64,000 bases of DNA from Eubacteriales bacterium. Its GTDB lineage: Bacteria > Bacillota > Clostridia > Oscillospirales > SIG627. The translations under genes and the position numbers were made by a program. Each line of letters starts with the position of its first letter. The stretch's first letter is position 1. Location of the stretch: NCBI GenBank assembly GCA_045601605.1, contig JAZRZY010000158.1:9079-73078 (forward strand). Direction: 5' to 3'. Under the pieces are notes generated by a model. The model made no database searches and had not been told where the DNA came from. It saw nothing but the letters and a program-made list of their open reading frames with translations. This document shows positions 35,339-42,871 of the stretch, one piece after another.

Positions 35339-37393
35339 ATGAAACGTCCCGAGATACTCAGTCCGGTTGGAAACCGCGAAATGTTGGAGGCGGCGGTGCG
35401 CGCAGGCGCAGATGCCGTCTATTTCGGCATGAGCGATTTTAATGCCAGACGAAATGCACAAAATTTCACGAATGAGGAGTTTTGTGAGGCGGTCGCTTAT
35501 TGTCACGTGCGCGGAGTTCGCGCCTATCTCACGTTGAATACGCTTGTTTCGGATGCAGATATGCAACGCGCGCTTCGCCAAGCCGCCTTTGCTTATGAAA
35601 GCGGAATCGACGCCGTCATCGTGCAGGATCTCGGTTTGGCGCGAATGCTTCGACGCTGCTTGCCCGATTTGCCGTTACACGCTTCCACACAAATGACGGT
35701 TCATTCTCCGAGCGCACTTCCGATTTTGAAAAAACTCGGATTTGTACAAGTTGTTCTCTCCCGTGAAATGAGCCGTGAGGAGATCCGTGCGTTTTGCGTT
35801 GAGGCGAACAAATATGGGATCGCAGTCGAGGTTTTCGTACACGGCGCGCTTTGTATGTGTATGTCGGGGCAATGTTATCTCTCGGCCGTGCTTGGCGGTC
35901 GAAGCGGGAACCGAGGCCTTTGCGCCGGTCCTTGCCGTTTACCATTCTCTGCGTCGAAAAAAGTAGGATACGACCTCAGTCTCAAGGATTTGAGTCTTGT
36001 GGATCATCTCGGTGATCTGGCGGCGCTCGGTGTTTCCAGTTTTAAAATTGAAGGTCGTATGAAACGGCCTGAGTATGTGGCGGCGGCGACCTATGTCTGT
36101 TGTGCATCTCTTGAGGGGAGACCGTGTGAAGAGTGGAAAGAGGCGCTTGCCAAGGTGTTTTCCAGAAACGGTTTTACCGATGGATATTACAGCGGCCATA
36201 CGGGCCGCGAGATGTTCGGCGTGCGCGGGATCGATGCGCTACAGGCTTCCGCTTCCGTTTTTTCAAAGCTGCATGAGCTATACCGCGCCGAACGACAAAG
36301 CGTCGCACTTTCTGCCGTTCTTTCACTTGCGGTCGGGCGCGAGGCGGAGTTGAAGGTCTCTGACGGAAAGAACACCGTTTTAGTAAAGGGACCCCTTTGC
36401 CGCAGGGCAGAGGGCAGAGCCTTGGAACGCGAAAGCGTGGAATCAAAGCTTGCGCGCACCGGCAACACGCCTTTCTGCTTTGAAACGATTGAAACAGAGT
36501 TGGAAGCAGACGCCTATCTCAGTGTTTCCGAACTGAACGCAATGCGTAGGGAGGCGCTGGAACGGATTTCTGCGGCGCGCAGTGTGAGCTGTCGGCCTCG
36601 CGTGGACCTCGCGTCGGCTTGCGTGAAGACCGAGGGTATGATGCGTAGGGAGCGGAAAACGGCGAAGCCGATCGCTCGGTTTTCGAGTCTTATCCAGATC
36701 CCGCGAAATTTAGAAGGTCTTGCCGCCGTTGTCGTGCCGCTGGAAAGCTCGTTTGAAAAGCTGAAGCTTGCGGTTCCGTTGATCGTGGACGTTCCGCGGG
36801 GTATCACTTCGGAACGAGCGATTTTCGAACGATTACAGGAAGCGCATAAATTCGGAGTTCGTGCGGCCTTTTGCGGAAATTTAGCGGCCTGCCGATTGAT
36901 CTGTGAAGCGGGTCTGGAGCCGATCTTTGATTTTTCGATGAACCTGTTTTCCTCGTATGCGCTTGCATGTGCCGAAGCGCTGGGGGCGCGTGCTTCCGTA
37001 TTGTCCTTCGAATTAAAGCAACAGCAGATCAATGCATCTTGTGCAGAGTCTTACGTGGGCATTTATGCGTATGGTCGTCTTCCTCTGATGCTGATGCGAA
37101 ATTGCCCCGTGCAAAACGCCAAAAAATGCAAGGAGTGCGACCGTTCCCCTTCGCTGACCGATCGCAAAGGGAAGGAGTTCCCGGTGCGCTGTCGGGCGGG
37201 ATACAGTGAACTTTTCAATTCCGCACCGCTTTGGATTTTGGATAAAACAGATGATTTTTGCGTGGATTTTCACGTTTTGTATTTTACGACGGAAAATGCC
37301 CGTGAGTGTGAAAAAGTTTTGGAGGCCTATCGGACTTCAAGAGCTCCGAAGGGGAATTTCACACGTGGACTGTATTATCGCGGAGTGGAATAA
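35339..37393 (+). CDS. Peptidase U32 family protein (long form with C-terminal extension)
   Basis: 684 aa. The N-terminus PEILSPVGNREMLEAAVRAGADAVYFG and the blocks RAYLTLNT and EVFVHGALCM are typical of the U32 family. Confidence 0.8.
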   Translation: MKRPEILSPVGNREMLEAAVRAGADAVYFGMSDFNARRNAQNFTNEEFCEAVAYCHVRGVRAYLTLNTLVSDADMQRALRQAAFAYESGIDAVIVQDLGLARMLRRCLPDLPLHASTQMTVHSPSALPILKKLGFVQVVLSREMSREEIRAFCVEANKYGIAVEVFVHGALCMCMSGQCYLSAVLGGRSGNRGLCAGPCRLPFSASKKVGYDLSLKDLSLVDHLGDLAALGVSSFKIEGRMKRPEYVAAATYVCCASLEGRPCEEWKEALAKVFSRNGFTDGYYSGHTGREMFGVRGIDALQASASVFSKLHELYRAERQSVALSAVLSLAVGREAELKVSDGKNTVLVKGPLCRRAEGRALERESVESKLARTGNTPFCFETIETELEADAYLSVSELNAMRREALERISAARSVSCRPRVDLASACVKTEGMMRRERKTAKPIARFSSLIQIPRNLEGLAAVVVPLESSFEKLKLAVPLIVDVPRGITSERAIFERLQEAHKFGVRAAFCGNLAACRLICEAGLEPIFDFSMNLFSSYALACAEALGARASVLSFELKQQQINASCAESYVGIYAYGRLPLMLMRNCPVQNAKKCKECDRSPSLTDRKGKEFPVRCRAGYSELFNSAPLWILDKTDDFCVDFHVLYFTTENARECEKVLEAYRTSRAPKGNFTRGLYYRGVE

Positions 37394-37427
37394 AAAAGAG
37401 CCGAATGAAAGCATTCGGCTCTTTTTT
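37392..37427. terminator. Bidirectional terminator
   Basis: Stem GAGCCGAATG, loop AAAG, stem CATTCGGCTC (37398-37421), flanked by AAAAAA and TTTTTT. Confidence 0.75.
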
Positions 37428-37435
37428 CTTTGGGC

Positions 37436-38632
37436 TTAGGCAAAACAAATAACCAGGATCTGTGCGGCAAATACAATGGTGATAAGTGCCATTGGATAGA
37501 TGGTGGCATAGGCGGTTGCGACTTCTTCCAACTTTGATACGTGAATGAGTGCGCCGAGGGCGGGGGTGCTGGTCATACCGCCGGAGATTGCACCGAGGTT
37601 TGCCAAAAGGGGCAATTTAAGCACATACTTTGCAAAGAGAAAACCGACGGTCAAGGGCAAAAGCGTCATTGCAAGGCCGTAAAGGAAGTAGATCGGTTTG
37701 AAGTACTGCAGAAATGCGGCGCCGCCGGGGATGCCCGCGCCGATCAAGAAAAGCAACAGGCCGAGTTCACGAAAGACCTTCAAGGTTTGTTCGGTGGGTA
37801 CCAGTGCAAATTTACCGATTCTTCCGATGTGCCCCAGCAAGATGGAAACAAACAGACAACCGCCCGTTGTCGTGAGAGAAAACTTTCCGATCATGATTTG
37901 GCCAAGCAAGATCCCGAGCGCGCCCGTCAAAACGAAGGACGTGATGCCGAGCGGGTCTATGTGCTTTAACTTTTTGTCGTTTTCGGCATTTTTGCGAGTC
38001 GGAAGTGTTGACAAAAAGAGTTCGCGTTCCTGTTTCATATCTGCGTGCAAGACGGTGGGGATCAGTTGAATGAACAACACTTTGCCTACCACGCCGCCTA
38101 AATAAGCAATGGCATTTCCGACTGTGACCAAATTGACGAGATCTTCGCCAAAGGATTCAACGGTGCTTTTGGCGGCAGAAAACGCAGGAGTTGAAGTGAC
38201 GGCACCGGAGTAAAGCCCCGCAACGATAGCGGTGGTTTCGGTGGGCTGTTTTGAGTATTCGGGGGAGGTGAGAAGAAACAGGGCGGCTGTGAGCGCGCCG
38301 GTGAGTACAATGATCAGACACAACGGGGCGTATTTTTTCAGATTGATTTTCAAACTACGGAAAAAGGTGGGGCCTGCCAGAAATCCGACGGAGGAAACAA
38401 AGAGGATCAGCCCCAAGTTTTCCACGATTTTCAGCCCGTCCTTTGCGTAACCGCCGGTGGCGGAATCGAGCTGGTCGAAAAAGAAAATGCCGTAGAGAAC
38501 GGCGATAATCAAGACGCCTGCGGTCCCCAAAGATACGCCGCGCACTTTGATGTGGCCGAACAGATAGCCGAGCGTGGCGACGATCAGCAGGGAAAAGAGA
38601 AGAAAGCTGACACCGGTGATGGAAAAGGACAT
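37436..38632 (-). CDS. Aspartate:alanine-exchanger (AAE; YidE/YbjL-like) family transporter without TrkA-C domains
   Basis: True start is ATG 38632, after AAGGAG (MSFSITGVSFLLF). There are two homologous halves, each with a GxxxGxxGxxF-type loop. The track ORF carries a spurious 76-codon extension. Confidence 0.7.
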   Translation of the reverse strand: MSFSITGVSFLLFSLLIVATLGYLFGHIKVRGVSLGTAGVLIIAVLYGIFFFDQLDSATGGYAKDGLKIVENLGLILFVSSVGFLAGPTFFRSLKINLKKYAPLCLIIVLTGALTAALFLLTSPEYSKQPTETTAIVAGLYSGAVTSTPAFSAAKSTVESFGEDLVNLVTVGNAIAYLGGVVGKVLFIQLIPTVLHADMKQERELFLSTLPTRKNAENDKKLKHIDPLGITSFVLTGALGILLGQIMIGKFSLTTTGGCLFVSILLGHIGRIGKFALVPTEQTLKVFRELGLLLFLIGAGIPGGAAFLQYFKPIYFLYGLAMTLLPLTVGFLFAKYVLKLPLLANLGAISGGMTSTPALGALIHVSKLEEVATAYATIYPMALITIVFAAQILVICFA

Positions 38633-38660
38633 ATTTGCTCCTTGGAATTGATTTCGACCT

Positions 38661-38689
38661 ATTATAACAAAGAAGTAAAAGAAATGCAA
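38661..38689 (-). promoter_or_regulatory. Promoter of the AAE transporter gene
   Basis: Minus strand reads TTGCAT (38689-38684), 17 nt, TATAAT (38666-38661). Confidence 0.5.
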
Positions 38690-38690
38690 T

Positions 38691-38720
38691 AAAAAGCCCG
38701 ACCCGATTTTCTCGGGTCGG
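38691..38720 (-). terminator. Terminator of the Cys-rich protein gene
   Basis: Stem CCGACCCGA/TCGGGTCGG (38698-38706/38712-38720), followed on the minus strand by GCTTTTT. Confidence 0.65.
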
Positions 38721-38726
38721 TAAAAG

Positions 38727-39605
38727 TTATTGATAATCGCCGGGGTCAAGCGCGGGGTCAAGTCCGATGCGGTCGTTGGAAAGATCCAGCTCGTTGCACT
38801 GGGGTGTGGGAGCAAACTCCTCGTACGGAAATTGCATGGAGCTGAAGAGTGTGCAAGCATCCGTAAACACGCCGGAAGAGTTGCAGGTCTTGTCGGGGAA
38901 GCAGTTCTCGCTGTTGTCCATCATCAGCTGAGCGGGGCGTTCCACGCGGATGATGGTAAAAATGCCGACGGTTACATATGCGGATTGGGTGATCTCCACT
39001 TCGGCGTCGAAACTGCCTTCGAACTGTGCCGCGATCTCTTCCGGGAGATTTTGACAGCAGAGAGGAGTGTCGTCTTCGCCGCTTTCGCGTAGATTTACCT
39101 CAAGCCCGACGGGGGTGGCAATTTCTGTCACGACACGCGGAGCGCTGCTGCGTCCGATGCTTTGATTGAAGTCGGGGATCGCAGAGCAGAAATTCTGCTG
39201 GTTGTCCGAATAATAGACGGAGACAGTTCCTTCGCCGCCGTAGAGAATGACGTTTTTGTCATAGCAGGCAAGACCTGCGATGATTTGCGGTGTGGTTCCA
39301 AGACCCTGGCACACCTCCAACGTAATGCGGAAGTAGTAGCGAACGGTGATGCTGTAATAACCGGTTCGGAAGGGAACCTCCTCCGATAAAATGCGTACCC
39401 AAAGCACGCTGATGTCGCGAATTCGCACTGCGCTTGCGGTATTTAAAATGGTTTGATATACATCGGTGGTGCAGAAGCGCAGATTCCTCAGGCATTCCTG
39501 TCCGATGCAGGAATCATAAATTCGGTAAGTGTCCACGCAACAGGTGCATTCGCGTCTGCAACGGTCGTTTGCGGGGCAGTTGTGAGTGGCGAAATGATCG
39601 TTCAT
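38727..39605 (-). CDS. Cysteine-rich hypothetical protein (no signal peptide, no TM)
   Basis: 292 aa with about 17 Cys, clustered at the N-terminus (HNCPANDRCRRECTCCVDTYRIYDSCIGQEC) and C-terminus (CFPDKTCNSS...C...C). It has its own terminator. No family recognised. Confidence 0.55.
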   Translation of the reverse strand: MNDHFATHNCPANDRCRRECTCCVDTYRIYDSCIGQECLRNLRFCTTDVYQTILNTASAVRIRDISVLWVRILSEEVPFRTGYYSITVRYYFRITLEVCQGLGTTPQIIAGLACYDKNVILYGGEGTVSVYYSDNQQNFCSAIPDFNQSIGRSSAPRVVTEIATPVGLEVNLRESGEDDTPLCCQNLPEEIAAQFEGSFDAEVEITQSAYVTVGIFTIIRVERPAQLMMDNSENCFPDKTCNSSGVFTDACTLFSSMQFPYEEFAPTPQCNELDLSNDRIGLDPALDPGDYQ

Positions 39606-39692
39606 GCCGTTTTATCCTTTCTATCCATGTAAGGCGTTGCATTAGCAGAATATGCATCGCGGAAAAAAGTGCCAAAGATTTTAAAAAAGTCC

Positions 39693-39721
39693 TTGACAAT
39701 TTTCGAAATGGATAGTATAAT
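39693..39721 (+). promoter_or_regulatory. tRNA-Ala promoter
   Basis: TTGACA (39693-39698), 17 nt, TATAAT (39716-39721), 12 nt before the tRNA 5' end. Confidence 0.65.
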
Positions 39722-39733
39722 CTCAATGTTTTC

Positions 39734-39809
39734 GGGGCATTAGCGCAGCTGGGAGCGCACAACACTGGCAGTGTTGGGGTCAGGGGTTCGAATCCCCTAT
39801 GCTCCACCA
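39734..39809 (+). tRNA. tRNA-Ala (anticodon GGC)
   Basis: 76-nt cloverleaf folded by hand. Acceptor GGGGCAT/ATGCTCC carries the G3:U70 Ala identity pair. Anticodon loop is CTGGCAG, T-loop is TTCGAAT, and CCA is encoded. Confidence 0.92.
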
Positions 39810-39815
39810 GAAAAG

Positions 39816-39857
39816 AAACCTCTTTTGTCTACCAAGACAAGAGAGGTTTTTGTTTTC
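39816..39857 (+). terminator. tRNA-Ala terminator
   Basis: 15-bp stem AAACCTCTTTTGTCT/AGACAAGAGAGGTTT (one G-U pair), loop ACCA, then TTGTTTT. Confidence 0.75.
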
Positions 39858-39859
39858 TG

Positions 39860-39887
39860 TTGAGAAATGCATGGTTTGTGGTATAAT
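39860..39887 (+). promoter_or_regulatory. Orphan near-consensus promoter
   Basis: TTGAGA (39860-39865), 16 nt, TATAAT (39882-39887), with an extended -10 TGg. Confidence 0.55.
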
Positions 39888-39893
39888 GAATTC

Positions 39894-40120
39894 TATAAAT
39901 AAGAATTTGCTGGTCAAATTTCACTCTACCAGTGGTTTACATCTCCTCACTAAACCGATTGGTGGAGTTTCAGGTTCTGATCCCGCTTGCACAGCCCAAA
40001 GCAAGCACGGAAAACAAGTAAGCGTTCCGGCATACGGTATCAATTGACCACACCTTCTGGGTTGAATGCTCCTTCAGGCAACCGCCTCTCGCCGTGAGGC
40101 GGTTGCCTTTTTATTTTTTT
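39894..40120 (+). ncRNA. Candidate small RNA of about 220 nt (family unknown)
   Basis: Bounded by its own promoter and a very strong terminator, with no ORF that has an RBS. A hairpin at 39933-39957 has loop CAUCUCCUCAC. A second hairpin lies at 39985-40006. Unpaired CUCCUU lies at 40069-40074. Confidence 0.4.
40077..40120 (+). terminator. Strong intrinsic terminator
   Basis: 12-bp stem GGCAACCGCCTC/GAGGCGGTTGCC (40077-40088/40096-40107), followed by TTTTTATTTTTTT. Confidence 0.85.
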
Positions 40121-40130
40121 CGAATTTCGG

Positions 40131-40159
40131 TTGCCATTTCACCGCCTTTGTGATATACT
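40131..40159 (+). promoter_or_regulatory. Promoter of the FMN riboswitch-ribU transcript
   Basis: TTGCCA (40131-40136), 17 nt, TATACT (40154-40159). Confidence 0.55.
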
Positions 40160-40164
40160 GAATA

Positions 40165-40290
40165 CAGTTTCAGGGCGAGGTGAAATTCCTCACCGGCGGA
40201 GAAGACCTGTCAGGTATAAGTCCGCGAGCGCGATGGCGCAGATCGGGTTTGAATCCCGAACCGACGGTATAGTCCGGATGTGAGAAACTG
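40165..40290 (+). promoter_or_regulatory. FMN riboswitch (RFN element)
   Basis: P1 pairs CAGTTTC 40165-40171 with GAAACTG 40284-40290. Conserved blocks are AGGGCGAGGTGAAATTCCTCACCGGCGG, AGTCCGCGAGC, GGGTTTGAATCCCGAACCGACGGTATAGTCCGGATG and GAGAA. Confidence 0.9.
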
Positions 40291-40344
40291 TCTTTTTTCG
40301 CCCGGAGACTCTCCGAGGCTATTTTTATTTGTGAGGAAATTCTT

Positions 40345-40914
40345 ATGCGTATGAAGGAATCGGTTCGTAAACTTTGCGTTTTGGGTATCTTGGCTGCGTT
40401 GTCCGTCGTTTTGGTGCTCGCGGTTCGTTTCTCCGTGATTCCGATCGCTCCGTGGCTCGAATACGATGCCGGAGATGTGGCAATCATTACGGGTTCTCTT
40501 TTGTTCGGCCCTTTTTCCGGCGTTCTCTTGACGCTTGTCGCATCCGCGATCCAGGCGCTGACCGTTAGTTCCGAGAGCGGTTTTTGGGGTTTTGTAATGC
40601 ATTTTGTTTCCACGTCTGCTTTTTGTTTGACCGTCGGTGCGTTCTATCGGAAACGTCCGACGATGAAAAGCGCCGTGCTTGGAATGATCGTTGGTGTTTT
40701 GGGTACGACACTTTTGATGATCCCGTTAAATATTTTCATTACGCCTCTGTTTTCTGCCGGTACCACCCCCGCTGATGTGGCCGCGCAGATCCTCAGCGTG
40801 ATCATTCCGTTTAATCTTATTAAATTTTCTTTGAATGCCGTGATCTCATTTTTACTTTGGCGTTCCTTGAAAATGCTTTTGGAAAAACTTTGGGGGAAGA
40901 ATGAGTTGCGCTGA
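40345..40914 (+). CDS. ribU: ECF-transporter S component for riboflavin
   Basis: 189 aa with five or six TM helices. It lies directly behind the FMN riboswitch and has a GAGGA RBS. Confidence 0.8.
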   Translation: MRMKESVRKLCVLGILAALSVVLVLAVRFSVIPIAPWLEYDAGDVAIITGSLLFGPFSGVLLTLVASAIQALTVSSESGFWGFVMHFVSTSAFCLTVGAFYRKRPTMKSAVLGMIVGVLGTTLLMIPLNIFITPLFSAGTTPADVAAQILSVIIPFNLIKFSLNAVISFLLWRSLKMLLEKLWGKNELR

Positions 40915-41308
40915 ACTGTCTTTTCAATTGAGCGGAGTCGTTGTTCACGGCAACGAGAAGGGCAGAGAACTGGGGTTTCCGACTGCCAATGTTCCGTTGT
41001 CGGACGATCTTGCGATCCCTTCGGGCGTTTACGTATCGCGCTTATCTGATGCGGAGGGCTTCGCCGCTTGGGGTGTGACAAATGTAGGAGTCCATCCGAC
41101 GCTCGGTTCCAATTCAAGCATCTTGAGCGAAACATATTTGTTTTGTGATGCGGTTGACCTTTACGGGAAAAACGTGACTGTGGAACTTTTTGATTTTTTG
41201 CGCGACGAAAGGAAGTTTGAGAGCGCAGATCATTTAATGCTGCAGATCCAAAAGGACATCCAAACTGCAAAGGAACTCTTGGGGATTGAAAAAGCGCCTG
41301 TCAAATGA
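40901..41308 (+). CDS. Monofunctional riboflavin kinase domain protein
   Basis: 135 aa. Contains GVVVHGNEKGRELGFPTANV and ETYLF...LYGKNVTVELFDFLRDERKF blocks of the RibF C-terminal kinase domain, with no FAD-synthetase domain. Overlaps ribU by 14 nt. Confidence 0.75.
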   Translation: MSCAELSFQLSGVVVHGNEKGRELGFPTANVPLSDDLAIPSGVYVSRLSDAEGFAAWGVTNVGVHPTLGSNSSILSETYLFCDAVDLYGKNVTVELFDFLRDERKFESADHLMLQIQKDIQTAKELLGIEKAPVK

Positions 41309-41322
41309 CAGGCGCTGTCGCT

Positions 41323-41571
41323 TTATTCGGAGAGTGCTTGTGATAAGGCTTCCGCCAACTGATCGGGACAGGAGGTTGGTTTAAACCCGCATCGGATGCC
41401 GCGTAGTCGTTTGATGACTTCGTTTGCATCGGAACCCTCAACAAGCTTTGAAATACCCTGGAGGTTTCCGTGGCACCCGCCGCGGAAGGTGACGTTGGTG
41501 ACGATGTTGTCATTCAAATCAAATTCAATCAGGGCAGAGCAAGTGCCGTGTGTTTTATAAGAAAAATGCAT
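41323..41571 (-). CDS. TSCPD-domain small protein (four-Cys family)
   Basis: Start is ATG 41571 (MHFSYKTHGTCSALIEF...RGGCHGN...CGFKPTSCPDQLA), 82 aa. The track ORF extends 30 codons into tRNA-Val and that extension is rejected. Confidence 0.65.
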   Translation of the reverse strand: MHFSYKTHGTCSALIEFDLNDNIVTNVTFRGGCHGNLQGISKLVEGSDANEVIKRLRGIRCGFKPTSCPDQLAEALSQALSE

Positions 41572-41590
41572 AAAATCTTTCCCTTCTGTC

Positions 41591-41619
41591 TTGACAAGAG
41601 CAGATTTGTTTGTTATACT
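41591..41619 (+). promoter_or_regulatory. tRNA-Val promoter
   Basis: TTGACA (41591-41596), 17 nt, TATACT (41614-41619). Confidence 0.6.
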
Positions 41620-41631
41620 ACCTAGGCGCTC

Positions 41632-41708
<77 letters not shown>

Positions 41709-41711
41709 ATT

Positions 41712-41739
41712 TCGACAGGCAAATGCCTGTCGATTTTTT
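41712..41739. terminator. Bidirectional terminator
   Basis: Stem TCGACAGGC, loop AAAT, stem GCCTGTCGA (41712-41733), then TTTTTT. It overlaps the stop codon of the convergent gene. Confidence 0.7.
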
Positions 41740-42745
41740 ATTTCGCCAGAATGTTCAGTTCCCGGAGACGGGAAAGGAAGTGAGTCACGTCTTCTTCGGC
41801 TGTGTTGATTTGGATCTCATATTCTGCGGATAAGGCGCGAATAAGTTCTTCTTTGGTGGCGCCGCATTCCAACATTTTGAACAGGAAAACGCCGGTTTCA
41901 TTCAGGGTCGTAAGGCCGATAAAATTGCTGTCATCTTGGCAGGCGATGATGTTGCTGCCTGCTTTGATACAGAGAGAATAGCCTTCGCGGATATTGAATG
42001 CAGTTCGATTTGGATCACTGCAGACGTTGGCGATCGGACGGTTCATAGTCGATTCCGCTAAGACGGCGGCATCGGTGCTGATGTTGCACTTGAGGCGATA
42101 GATCGGCACCAAACCGAGCAGCTCGGACAATTCGTCGGAAAGCATATCCAGATCATCGTCGGGAAGCCGACGAAGCGTTTGCGAGAACAGATTGGGAAGT
42201 GCTTCGCGCGAGGAGATCTTTTCGATGGAGTTTTCCTCCGCGCGCTCCAAAAAACAAATGCCCGCGAGCGGAACGCCGATTGGAATGCTGATGTCGTGCT
42301 TGCCGCTCCAGGGAGTTCCGAAGGCATAGATGGTATCGCCAATGCGACGGATTGCGGGCTTGTCGTCGTTTAGGATGCGCACGCGATCGTGACCGAAGTG
42401 ATTTTGCCAAAGTGCGGTGTGGGTGGATTTGCCTGTGCCGGAAGGTGCAGAAAACAGAAATGCACGCGCCTGATAGAGTACCGCAGATGCGTGTAACATA
42501 TAGCCGTTGAAACGGATCAAGGCGCGATAAAATGCGGTTGCGGAAAGAATGTACTCCCACTCATCGTCGGGGAGAGTGGGGTTGTGAACGCGGGCGGCGG
42601 CAATTTCTTCCTTTGAGACCGAAATGCTGAAATCGGGTGTCAAAGGCTCATCCGTTAAATAAGGCTCTGCTTGTTTGGCAGTGCGTCCTCCGCAATTCAT
42701 TTCAACCACGAGGTCTGCGATAAGATACTTTGGCATTTTGGACAT
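41738..42745 (-). CDS. HPr-kinase-like P-loop domain fused to a C-terminal PqqD-like (RiPP recognition element) domain
   Basis: 335 aa with Walker A FSAPSGTGKSTHTALW in an HprK-related context. The last ~85 aa read LNETGVFLFKMLECGATKEELIRALSAEYEIQINTAEEDVTHFLSRLRELNIL, a PqqD-family signature. The call rests on motifs only. Confidence 0.55.
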   Translation of the reverse strand: MSKMPKYLIADLVVEMNCGGRTAKQAEPYLTDEPLTPDFSISVSKEEIAAARVHNPTLPDDEWEYILSATAFYRALIRFNGYMLHASAVLYQARAFLFSAPSGTGKSTHTALWQNHFGHDRVRILNDDKPAIRRIGDTIYAFGTPWSGKHDISIPIGVPLAGICFLERAEENSIEKISSREALPNLFSQTLRRLPDDDLDMLSDELSELLGLVPIYRLKCNISTDAAVLAESTMNRPIANVCSDPNRTAFNIREGYSLCIKAGSNIIACQDDSNFIGLTTLNETGVFLFKMLECGATKEELIRALSAEYEIQINTAEEDVTHFLSRLRELNILAK

Positions 42746-42871
42746 CCTTTCGAATCATTAAAAAAATTATATCACGAAAGTCTCAAAAAAGCAACCGAGC
42801 AAGATTTTGTACTTTACTTTTATTTCGATTTTTGTTATAATTAGTCAAACAAAAGGGAAGAAGGTATCGTT

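Noticed and set aside
39799-40047. 82-aa plus-strand ORF between tRNA-Ala and ribU
   Set aside because: It starts inside tRNA-Ala, crosses the tRNA terminator and a consensus promoter, has no RBS and has an unremarkable composition. The region is better explained as a non-coding transcript.
40170-41270. Minus-strand ORFs of 147, 130 and 208 aa over the FMN riboswitch, ribU and the riboflavin kinase gene
   Set aside because: They overlap a high-confidence riboswitch and two well-supported plus-strand genes. The products are basic and low-complexity.
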